Both the position numbers and the translations under genes were made by a program. From assembly GCA_043228905.1 (NCBI GenBank), contig JBHGNT010000002.1, positions 12,896,001 to 12,960,000 of the forward strand: a stretch of 64,000 nt of DNA, in the 5' to 3' direction. This document shows, in pieces, positions 37,676 through 49,268 of the stretch (its first letter is position 1; every line of letters starts with the position of its first letter). Source of the DNA: Azolla caroliniana (taxonomy: Eukaryota > Plantae > Polypodiophyta). The notes beneath the pieces were generated by a model, which was given only the letters and a program-made list of their open reading frames with translations, was not told the DNA's origin and did no database searches.

Positions 37676-40015
37676 CACTATAACAACTATTATGCAATGT
37701 TGCGACGGTCCTCCCACATGTATGCTTCAGTAAAAGATACACCCACCGCCATAATCTATGTTGAGGCCATTATCACAATCAAGTTTACTATGACTCAAAA
37801 AAAGCACAAGGTTAAGGGAAGTAATCTGTTTACAAGGTCCCTCAAGAGGTATATGATGTCATAAACATCTTTGGAGTGTAATGGACTCAACATTCATCTT
37901 CTCATAAAACATCATATTCATACTTAGAGAGAGAACAAAAACAATGTCTGACATATCAATTCAGTACATAATAAGTATAAAAAAGATATATCATTTCAAT
38001 ATGACAATAACAAGTACAAACCATGACCCATAAAATCTTTGGCACTAGTATTTTCTGGTACTTATAATGCATCGAGAACTAATCATCTCCTTCATTGATT
38101 TTACATCCTTCTACATACTACTGAGTGACACTTCATCATTAGAGGCCAATAGGACAACATCAGATGGTTCCCCTCCTCGGATTGGTGGCACCTCCCTTGA
38201 GTTTCCTACTTTATTGTTTATACCAACATCATGTACCTCCTAGGTGCCGCTGGATTCCTCGTCCTTCATTTGGTGTGGCTCCTCTTCGTGGGCGGTGGTA
38301 GTAATTTTCTGAGACTCATCCTAGTTGATGTTGTCCACATCTTTCGCAGTACCCATGTGCTCCTCTTTGTGGGTGGTAGTTGTTTTTTCACTCACTCATC
38401 CGGGATGGTGTCATCCATATCTTTCGTAGCACCCAAGTGCTTTTCTTCATGGGTGGTAGCGGTGTTTTTCGTAGATTCATTCGGGATGGTGTTGTCCACA
38501 TCTTTCTTAGTGCACATGTCTCTTCGTGGCTGGTAGTTGTGTTTTTTGCAGACACATCTTGGATGGTGTTGTCCACATCTTTCTTAGTACCCATGTGCTC
38601 CTCCTCGTGGAAAATGCTAGAAACCTCATTCTTTTTATAGTCGTTCTCCTCTTCTAAATTGAATGTGGTGTTTTCTTCACAATCCTCATGTGTGGTTGCA
38701 GTGTTGTCAGAGTCATCTTTTGTGCAAGGCATAGTCACGATCTCAGAGTCTTCATCTCTACCCCATATAGTGCATGAATCATCTTCTTGTATTTGTTAAT
38801 CTCCTCGTTCTTGTCCAACTAAATGTGAATGCACCCAACAATACCGGTGTCAATACCAATCTCAATTAACATACAAGGTTAAGGTTCACACTCTTGCCTA
38901 CTGTTACATCAACGTGATCCTCTACTTCTGTAGACTATGCTAATACTACCCCAACTAAATATAGAATAGATTCTAGTACTAAACCTACAATACAACAAAT
39001 TGTAGAATGAAGTGTGTACTATGTTAGTACTAGCTCACCTAAATATAGGATGGATTCTAGTACTACACCAACAATACACCAAAAGGTCTCCTAAATTTGT
39101 ACTATGCTTGTCCTAACCCACCTAAATATATAATGGATTCTAGTACTAAATCAATTGTACAACTAATTGCAGAATGAAGTGTGTACTATGTTAGTACTAG
39201 CTCACCTAAATATAGGATGGATTCTAGTACTACACCAACTGTACACCTAAAGGTCTCCTAAATTTGTACTACGCTTGTCCTAGCCCACCTAAATATAGAA
39301 TGGATTCTAGTACTAAACCAATTGTACAACTAATTGCAGAATGAAGTGTGTACTATGTTAGTACTAAGTACTAGCTCACTATATATATAGGATGGATTCT
39401 AGTACTACACCAACTCTACACATAAAGGTCTCCTGAAGTGTGTACTATGCTAGTACTAGCCCATTTAAATATAGAATGGATACTAGTACTAAACCAACAG
39501 TACACCTAATTGCTGAATTAAATGTGTACTATGTTAGTACTAGATCACCTAAATATAGGATGGATACTAGTGTACTACATCAACTATACACCTAAAGGTC
39601 TCCTAAATTTGTACTATGCTTGTCCTAGCCCATCTAAATATTGTTATTCGCTTAGCCGGACAAGGCCTAACACAAGGTGTCACGGAGACACTTCACCAAA
39701 GGGTGATTACGGCATAGGATTAAGATTCAACGATTACACCAACTTACGTAGGTTACACGATTAGAATGCTTTGGTTAATTACACGCGTAAGATATAACAG
39801 TAATTACAGAACGGAAATCAACACAGAAGTATAAACATCATAAGCTCTATTAATTATCCGCTGTGATTACAATGGGGTCCGGGCCTTTAAATAGGTTTCC
39901 GGCCCGTAGTACAAAACGGTGCCTCTCGCACCTATTCGGGATCCGTCCGGATCTGGAACGGCATACCGTTTCCAGTCCGTCCGTCCACACTATGCTCATT
40001 TACAACTATATTTAA

Positions 40016-40328
40016 GGGAAAAGTACCAGGATACCCCTGGAAGTTCGTCTATTTACCAGAATGCCCCTGGAAGTTCCAAATTTACCAAACTACCCCTATG
40101 TCCAAAAAATTACACTTTATAGAGTAATTATACACTAGAATCTACAAGCCCTATTTACCAAAGATGGAAGAAATGGACCCGAACTAGCCCTATTTACCAA
40201 AGATTTGAGTGTATAATTACTTTATAAAGTGTAATTTTTTGGACATAGGGGTAGTTTGGTAAATTTGGAACTTCCAAGGGCATTTTGGTAAATACACGAA
40301 CTTCCAGGGGTATCCTGGTACTTTTCCC
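40016..40328. mobile_element. Mutator-like MITE, 313 bp, in the 3' LTR of F
   Basis: ~128-bp TIRs starting GGGAAAAGTACCAGGATACCCC; 9-bp TSD TATATTTAA (40007-40015 and 40329-40337); the empty site is present in the other LTR (49685-49693). Confidence 0.96.
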
Positions 40329-40435
40329 TATATTTAATTAATTCCTTCACTCCGTATTTTGGACTCCTTGCCGGCCGGTAACACATGGCACGCCCGTGGG
40401 ACAGTACCTTGTACGTCGAACCCTTCTCGGCCCCT

Positions 40436-43345
40436 TCATTGTTCACCCAAATTGTCCAAAATACTTTGTTCAAGAATTTCCACTTGTTCCTCCGGTTGTG
40501 GTTGTTGCGGCTGTGCTTGCTGCTGCTGCTGTGGTTGCGGTTGGGACTGAGGCTGTTCCGGCTGCTCTATAGGCGGCTGCTCCGTTTGTTTCTCTGACTC
40601 CGGCTGCTCCGTTTGACTGCTTCCGGTCCGGTCTCCTTCCAGTAACGGTTCCTCATCACTGAGGTTGACCGTAACCGGTTCTCGTTCTTTCTCTCCCCGG
40701 ATCCGGGACCTCTCGTAGCTTTCAAACTGGATCTGCGCCTCCAGCCTGTCGTCGTCCAGCTGAGCTACAAGTTGCCGGACTTGCCCTAGTTGGTCGTCTG
40801 CCAAGGCTTGAAAGTCTTCGGCAAGCTCATCCCTTATGCCGGTGAAGTCTTCGGAAGTCAGCATATAGCAATCATCTCCCTCCTTCCGCCGGTTCTCTAC
40901 GTCGGCCCGGAGCAGTTGGAGTTCCGCCGCGTTCGTGGCCCACTTGGTCCACCATTTGACGGAGCCGTTGTCAATCAAGCTCTTGGTCTGGTTCAACCAG
41001 GCCCGCATGATATCCTGGATGCGACTTGCTCCCATTTGCGCTCTACTTTCCACCACTTGTCGCTCCTCCTTCAACTGCTTGATGAGATTCGCCGTATCCT
41101 CCGCCTGCTCTCTGTAGCGCGTCAGCTGCCCTTGATATGTAGTTTGCAGCCTCTGCAGTACCTCCGCCGCTCTTTCTTTTTCCGCCTGCTGTTGCCTGAG
41201 GAGCTCTGTCCGAACCTTCTCCGCCTCTTCCAACCGTCTTCTGGTTTCCGCTTGTTCCTTGGCGAATGCGGTTGCGGTCCGATCAACTGCTTGCCGGAGC
41301 TCATCCGTCCGTTCCTTGTGCTCCGTTTGCAACCGTTTATACTCCCGGTGCAATTGCTCGAATTCCTCCGTTTTTTGTTTGAGCTTGCCGTTGATCTGGC
41401 GATGGTTCCGGTCCTCCCGGTCCTTTACCTGCCGGAGTTCCTCTTTCAGGCGCTCTACTTCTATTTCGGCGTTCCTCCGGAGCCTGTCCTTCTCTTGCAG
41501 CATTTTCTCCTTTTCTTCCTTGAGCCGGTCGTACGCTTGGTGGCCTTTCCGTAAGCTCTCCTCGGCCCGGCGTAGATTCTCAGCAGTCTTTTTGAGTTCT
41601 GCCTCCGCTGCCGTCTTCAATTCTCTTTCGCGGCTCCTCAGCGCTTCTTGGGCAGCTAGCTCATCCTTTAAATCCGCAAGCTCTTGGGCTTGTGCCGCAT
41701 TTCTCTCCGGAACGGTTTCCGTTGCCGGGGTCTGATTGCTATGTACAGGTTGATCTGACGCCTTATTCTGTACATTGCCCGGAGTCACCGGTGCTTAGAC
41801 TTGTGTTGTCAAAGCGAATTGAGCCATTTCCCTTGTGACCCTGTCCAAGTCTTGTTCAAGGCTCCGGATTCTGGACCGGGCCGTCTCTAGATCTACGGTT
41901 GTGACGAGCAACCGTTCGTTGTGCGCTCTCTCCTCCGCCTCTATGTACTCGACCGCTTCGGCGATCTGCTCACCTACCCACCGTAGCCACATGCTACTGG
42001 TGCCTTGCTGCTGTACTGGTCCTACTCCTTGGCTGCCGTGTGTGCTGGCTGGGCTCGCCGGCTGTTGAGTTCCGGTTCCCGCCGTCTCCGGAGCCGTTGG
42101 AATGACTTCTGGTATAGAAGTCGACAAGGCCGGTTCTACCCGCACCGGTTCCGGTTCCTCCCTTGTGTTTTGCTCAGGTTGAGTTCGGGGCGTTTCTTTC
42201 TTTTGCGGTTCCGAGCGCTCCCCCGCTGCCCCGGCGGTCCCACTTCTTGACCGTCGTTGGAGGTGCTCTTCTGGCTCCTCCGTTTCCTCTTCTTGGGTAA
42301 CGGCATGTTTCTGTGCCGTCAAGGGTTCTGGTTCCTTCTGACCCGGTCGCCGTATGGTTATCTTAACGGGTCCCACCGGTGACACCTCCTCCGGTTCTGG
42401 GAGCCGTTTCTTCCCTTTCGTCGCCTTCGACGCCAGCAGCTGCTGTCGTTTGGTCGCCGGCTTTGAGGTGCTTCCTTCCGATACTCTTGGCCGCTTCTTT
42501 GGCTGAACGGTCTCGACCGGCGGCACGAGCAATATTATCCACTGAGCTACGGCGTGCCACAGCTTCCGGCCCTCCTTGCCGTCCTTTCCTCGTACCATGT
42601 CGATTGCCACGCACAAACCGTCTGCAATCAACACCGGCCAATCCACCTTGGTCCCTTCATAGGTGGCTATGATCATCCCTGCCCGATTTTTTGGCATGAC
42701 AGGGGGTCGGGGGTACACGTGGCCGTACTCGTGGAGCACTCGAGCTATCTCCCTGAATAGCGGATCTTCGCTGCCGTGCATTCGATAGCCTTTGCCGGCA
42801 ACAGAGTACTCACCGAAATATCGGATGAGTTGCTCCGAGGTTGGGTTATCGATTTGAAAAATACCTCCCTCCGGAAGGCCTGTTAGCGCACGGATCGCTT
42901 CCTCGGTGATGACTTCTGTGTCGAGCTCCTTGATGACCCGGTCGGCTTCTCTGTGCGGTGGTGCCTCCATGATGGCCAAGAACCCCTCCAGTCCGTGTTG
43001 CCTGAACCATTTCCTGGCCGCTTCCGACAGCGTTTGTGGTTCCATGTCTGCTTCGAGGTCGAGGAAAGATGGCGAGGTAGAGTGGTGATGAGAGTGAGAG
43101 CGAGAGAGAGAGTGTTCTGAACGCGGGGGTTCTCTGAGTGCAGGTTCGCGTCTGCTAAGCTTCCACTGCCTTGGTGCTTCTGTGCTTCTTGGCTCGCGAA
43201 AAAAGAAGGTCTCCATGCGCTCTTCTTTTTCTCTGTGCGTCTTGGCGCCTTTTTCGAGCATGCGCACGTCGTGTACCGATTTAGTATTAAGTAACGTGGC
43301 GGCTCTTAAATGCCCACTACGTACCTTTTCGCTCCTTGCTTTCAC
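40436..43345 (-). pseudogene. Extra ORF of F (up to ~970 codons): globular N-terminal domain, low-complexity linker, long coiled coil, Q/E/P-rich tail; one in-frame TAA at 41795-41797
   Basis: ORFs 41795..43345 and 40436..41788 share a frame (QV*APVTP). No transmembrane segment is obvious. The true start may be near MEPQTLSE (~43045). Confidence 0.85.
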
Positions 43346-43365
43346 ACCCGTTCATACCTCGATTT

Positions 43366-46300
43366 TTAATGATTTTTTTTTTTCTTTTTTCTTTTTTTTT
43401 TTTTTTTTTTTTTTTTGACGGTATGTGATCTTACACATCCGTAGGTCTCTCTGGTTGCCGTGTCTTCCTTCGCCTCTGCTACGGGTTCCCCGTCGTCTTT
43501 TTCTTCCATCCGTACCGTTCCCGGTATAGTGCCGGTGAGCTGCATAAACGGGTTCTTTGGCATCGGTCCTTTATAGGGCTTTAGTCTAAATCCGTTCACC
43601 CACTTGCCTAGTACTTCACCGACAAGTGTCCCTATCTGATAGGACCCGTTGTATTCCCGTGTCAGCCAATACGGGCCTGTCCATCTAAACCGGAGTTTAC
43701 CCGGCATCTTGCCCATCCTTGTTTGGAATACTAGAACCGGTTTTCCGATTTCGAACATCTTTTCGTTACCTTTCCGGTGACGGTCAACGAACGCTTTCCG
43801 TCGTCGTTGCTCCAGTTCCATGTGTAGGATGCTGGCCAGCCGTTGCTCCTCCAGTTCGCATAGTGCTGCTAGCCGCATTTCCTCCGACTTCTTTTCATTC
43901 AGCCGTTCCCGTAGTTGGATCCGTAAGCTTGGTACCTGAAATTCCACCGGCATGACCGCTTCTAAGCCGAATGCTAACCGGAATGGCGTTGTCCGGATAC
44001 TTGTCTTGTATGCCGTTCGGTACGCCCATAGCGCGCTATGGAGCTTTGTATCCCAGTCCGTCCGGTTTTCATTGACGATTTTGCGGAGAATGTTCTGCAG
44101 CGTTTTGTTGGTGGACTGTGCTAACCCGTTCGCTTGTGGGTAGTACGGTGTGCTCCGTTTATGAACCACGGCATAGAACGTTGTTAAGCTTTCCACTACC
44201 TGGTCGAGGAAGTGCCCTCCTTGGTCGCTGATTAATTCAATCGGACATCCATATCGGCACCAAATGTTTTCGTACAGGAATTTTGTTGTGGATGACGCGG
44301 TATTGTCTCTCAAGGCCTTAGCCTCCACCCATTTAGTGCAATAATCCGTTGCCACGATAACATAACGATTACCCGTTCTCATTGCCGGTGGCTTGAACGG
44401 TCCGACAAAATCCAACCCCCACTTCTGGAATGGCTCTAGTGGAAGTACCGGTTGGTGTGGCATTCGTGCTTGCTCCGTAGGCTGGCCCATTCATTGGCAT
44501 AGGTCACATTCCTTAGCGTACTTCACGGCGTCTTTTAACGTCGTGGGCCACCACAAGCCGCTCTGCCATACTTTTCTTGCCGTCGCTTCCCCGGCGTAAT
44601 GTCCTCCGGCAACCCCACAGTGTGCTTCCCGTAAGATTACTTCTTTCTCGTCACTACGGACTGCCCGTCTCCATATTCCATCTGCTCCCTTGTGGTAGAG
44701 AGTGTCCCGTAACAGACAGAAATTGCGGCTCTGCACCGCCAGTCGTTTCCTCTCGTCCCGGTTCATTTCCTCCGGTGGCAGGCCCGTGCTTAGGAACTGG
44801 TGCATGTTTGTCAGCCACCTATCTTCTGATGCCACCGTGTCGTCCGCTGCCGTTTCCGGGGTGATACGGAATAACTCTGCGTCCGGGAATTCATCCGCTA
44901 CTCCGTCGCCTGATTCTCCGGACTCTAACCGGCTCAGATAGTCTGCTACGGCATGCTGGATACCGGGCCGGTGGAAGATCTCGAATTCGAACTCTTGCAA
45001 CAGCAAGGTCCAACGGGCCAACTTACCGGTCAGGGACGCCTTGGACACTAAGTACAGGAGCGCCGAGTGATCCACATGAAATGAAAACTTCCTCCCCAAT
45101 AGGTAATGACGAAACTTTGTTACACTGTAGATCATGCCCAGGGCCTCCCGTTCCGTCGTTGAATAGTTCTTCTCCGCTTGGGACAGCTTCCGGCTGGCGT
45201 AATATACCGGCCGGTACCATTTGGGCTCCGTAAGTTGCATTAAGGCGCTGCCGATAGCGATGTCGGAAGCGTCAACGAACACATGAAATTCCTTGCTCCA
45301 ATCCGGAGGCTGGACGACGGGTGCTTGCGACAAAAGTACCTTCAGGGCGTTGTATGCCTTGTCCTCCGTATCCGTCCATTGGAACGGTGTCCGGTGTACC
45401 GCGGTGTGTAATGGTGTAGCCAAGTCAGCCAAGTGACGGAGCATCCGGCTGTGCCACCGGATCTGTCCTAAGAATCGGCTTAGTGCTTTGGCCGTTTTCG
45501 GTGCCGGTGCCCCTAGTATCGCGTTTACTTTGTCGGGGTCGACCGCAATGCCCTCCTTACTTACAATGTGTCCCATCAATATTCCACTTGAAACTCCAAA
45601 GATGCATTTTGCTGGGTTTAAGCTTAGCCGGTATAACCTACACTTTTCAAGGCATAACCGTAGGTGCTGCAAATGGTCTTTTCCCCGGCTATAGACTGCA
45701 AAATCATCCAGGAAAACCTGCATGAAGGCAGGAATGTATTCGCCGAAGATCTCCATGATGATTCGCTGGAAAGTTGCTGGTGCCGTTTTTAGGCCAAACA
45801 TCATTACTTCGGCCACAAACACCCCCCATTCGGTGACGAACGCTGTCTTCTCCTGGTCGTCGGGGTGCATCCGGATTTGATTGTATCCGCTGAAGCCATC
45901 TAAAAAGCTATAAACTTCATGGCCGCCGACGGCATCCAGTACTCCATCCGTGAACGGAAGAGGGAATGCATCCGTAATTGTGGCGGCATTTAGTTTCCTG
46001 TAATCTACACACACGCGGATTTTACCGTTCTTCTTGGGTACGACGACGATGGGGCTCAACCACGTCGCTTTCTTTACCGGCCGGATGAAGCCCACTCTTA
46101 GGAGTTTGTCGATTTCCTCCTTCACTTTGGCGACGTAGTTGGGGTTCATTCGGTAACGTCTTTGCGCCACTGGTTTCGCGTCCTTGCCTAAGTGGATCTG
46201 ATGCTGATATAGTTGAGGGTCCAGCCCTCGCATGTCTTCGTATGACCAGGCGAATATGTCGCGAAACTCCGTGAGAAGTTTGATCATCGCCGCTTTATCT

Positions 46301-49268
46301 TCCGGCTTCATTTCTTTGGCGATGTGTACCGGCTTTGATTCGTCCTTGCTTCCTAGGTTCACTTCGTCGAGCTGGGATGCTTTTACCCGTTGGGAAACGG
46401 CCATTTCCCGTTCCAACGCTTCCTGTGCTTGCCGTAATTCCCGAATCGCATCTTTGTCCGGTTCGGCTTCGGTTTCGTCCCGTTGCGGCAATTATTGCGC
46501 TACGGCTTCAGCCACGTCTATCTCGAAGAGTGGTACGATCTTCGGGTGTTCCTCCAAGTACTGGGCTTCTTCGTCGTCTGCCAACCCTTCCAGCATGTTC
46601 GTACGCATTCCGCATATAGCGGTGTGCATTCCTTACCGTTGCTCGTCCGTGGTTGTGTCGGAACCCGGACCTTGGCTTTTCCGCGCCGGAAGGTAATCAT
46701 ATTTTTCCGCCAATTTTGCTTGATGTGTGCTATTTTCAACCATGGTCTGCCCAGCAACAGTGGGTACGCGCCTTGCGTATGTAGCTGCAGCACTACAGCC
46801 GAGATGTGAAATGTGTGACCTCCTATGGTGACTTCCAATTTCCGTATTAAGCCCGTCGGCCGTACAGAGCTCGTATCCGCCATCCGTAGCCAGAACGGAC
46901 ATGGCTCCCATTCATGTATACCCAAGGCATTACACGTGTGGAGGCTTATTACGTTCACCCCGGAACCTCCATCGATTACTGTGCCGGGAAGTTCGTGCCC
47001 TTTGACAATAGCTGTAATCACCGGACTACTAGTGTCCACCACCATCGGTCCCTCCTCCGGATTCGAGAAAAGGACTGGTGCCGGTGGGGCTATACCGTCT
47101 GTCATGCCCGTTTTTAGTCCTTCCGTAAATCGCGGCACGAGCTGCAAGAGTCGTCCTAACGGCAACGTGATCTGACATTCTTGCAGTGCTTGCCATGTCT
47201 CGTTTTCTGGGTGGCTACCGCCGGCACTCCCGATGGTATTCGCCTTTTGCCGTTCCGCGTCCGCGACGTTCCTTTCATTGGCTTCCTTCACCCATTCCGT
47301 CGCCTGTTTTCGTATGGCGTCTTGTGTTTCCCATTCTTTGGCCATGCCTTTCGACCGTGTGGTTACTTGCTGTATATCCGCCACTTCCGGAACCACCATA
47401 TTAACTGCTGGTCGTTTCTCGTAGCTCTTTACCGGGCACTGGTTACTGTAGTGGCCTTCCTGCCTGCAGTAGTAGCAGTACTCTTTACGGGTATTGCTGG
47501 ATTCAGCATTGCTGGTAGCCGGAGTCGGTCCCGTAGTGAGTGGTGCGTTCTGTGCCGGTTGGCTCCTTAGGGTTCCATGTTCCGGGTCCCTAGTGTGACC
47601 ACCTTTCTTGAAATTCCGTTTCTTATTATTCCTATTTTTATTTCGGTAGTCCGGTCGTGGTGGATCGTAAAATCGGCCGTAGTCCTCCTGGTGCCTTCGG
47701 TAACCAGGGGAATGGTCTCTGTCGTATTGCTCATGTCGTCTGTTGGACTCCCGATAGCGGTCCGATCGCTCATACCGGTCGTAGTTATCATTCTGATTCC
47801 CGTACCGGCCATCATTCTCTTGTCTGTCTCCGTACCGGACATCCTGTGCCGGTCGGTACCGGTTCATTTTTTGCCAACGATCTTCATCTTCGTCTCGGCT
47901 GCTTCTTGGCTCGATCCGTCGGACGGGTGGTGCTTGTCGGTTTAACAAGTTATACTCGCACCGGTCCGTTGTATGACTCTTGGATTGACAAATCACACAC
48001 TGGGTTCGCATGGTGCACTCCACTGCCGAGTGTCCGGCATTCAAGCCGATTGTGCATTGAATTGCCTGCCGGAACCGGAGATCTTCATCTGTGGGTAACG
48101 CCCGTTGCAGTGCTCCCAGTGTAAGCCATGAGCTTGACTTTTCCATTTCTTTGACCCGGTCAATGACCTGGTCGATGGTGCATCCTCGAAAGTCGATCAC
48201 CGTACACACCGTGCGTAACAGTTCCCGGAGTGCGTTTAAAAATATCGTCCGTAGTTCCTCCTCCGGGGGTGCACGGGCAAGCTGGCTATGCATTCGTTGG
48301 AAACGGATGACGAATTGGGGAATGCTTTCCCCTGCCTCCTGTCGGATCGTATAAAACAGGCCCACCATTGTCGTTTGGTCGACCTCCTTGTGGGAAAAAT
48401 GCAAGAATTTTGCTTTTAATTCTGCAAAGGTTGTGATGGTCGCCGGGTCCTGCGTCCGCCGCCATCGTGTCGCCGGTCCCTCCAACGTGACTCTGAATTC
48501 CGCTATCTTCGAGCGTTCTTCTTCCTCCGGTGTCATTCGCTGGGACGTGTGATTTGCTTCCCATGTCTGCTCGAAGTCATGAACATGCGCTTCCGCGTCC
48601 GGATCATCGCGATATTTTGAGTATTGGAACGGCATGTCGTCGTCCAGTATTAGGCCGCGGTTTAGTGGCGTTTGTTGATATCTTTCCGGTTTTCTCTCCG
48701 GTTCCACTTCCGGTTGTTTTGCCGGTGCTTTTTCCGGTTCTTTTTCCGGTTCCTTCACCGGCTCTTCTTCCGGTACCTTTGCCGGCTCTTTCGTTGGTGT
48801 CGGTGGCTTTGCTTCTGCCACTTCCGGTGTTGGTGGGTTGACGGCTTCCGTTTGCGGTTCCGGATAGCCCTGGTCGAGCGGTTCCGGTTCTGGAGTCGGC
48901 ACGGTATCCGACCCGTCGTCCTCCGGGCCGCCGGGAGTATCGTTGCTGCTCCTGTAATTCGTGTGCACGCTGTATCCCCCTTCGGAATCCGATTCGTAGG
49001 CTGAAAAGGCTTCTGCCTCGTTATCTCCGCCTGCCAGCGCCTCGAGGAGGCGTTCGGTTTCCCGGAGACTACTTAGACTGCTTCCGTCGTCCTGGTCACG
49101 AGTTTGTCGTAACCGGAGAGATTCCTCCGCGACTCTCCGGATCTCGTTGGAGAACGAACGATCCGAGCGAATTTCCTGCGCTGCTTGCTGGAAAGTCTCA
49201 CGCCGTCTTTGCCGTTCGGCGAGGCGTCGAGCTCGGTCTGTAACCAAGTCGTGCGTTGGTCTAGTCAT
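43366..49268 (-). pseudogene. gag-pol of F with three lesions
   Basis: Gag with three knuckle-like motifs; protease VIDGGSGVN; RT FLDD; RNase H DASD; integrase WGLDFVGP and PYYPQANG. Frameshift near 46601; in-frame TAA at 46492-46494 and TGA at 44491-44493 (CQ*MGQP). Confidence 0.93.

Noticed and set aside
44491-44493. Programmed stop-codon readthrough in F pol
   Set aside because: The TGA sits at a usual Arg position after the integrase zinc-finger CxxCQ and is best explained as CGA>TGA deamination.
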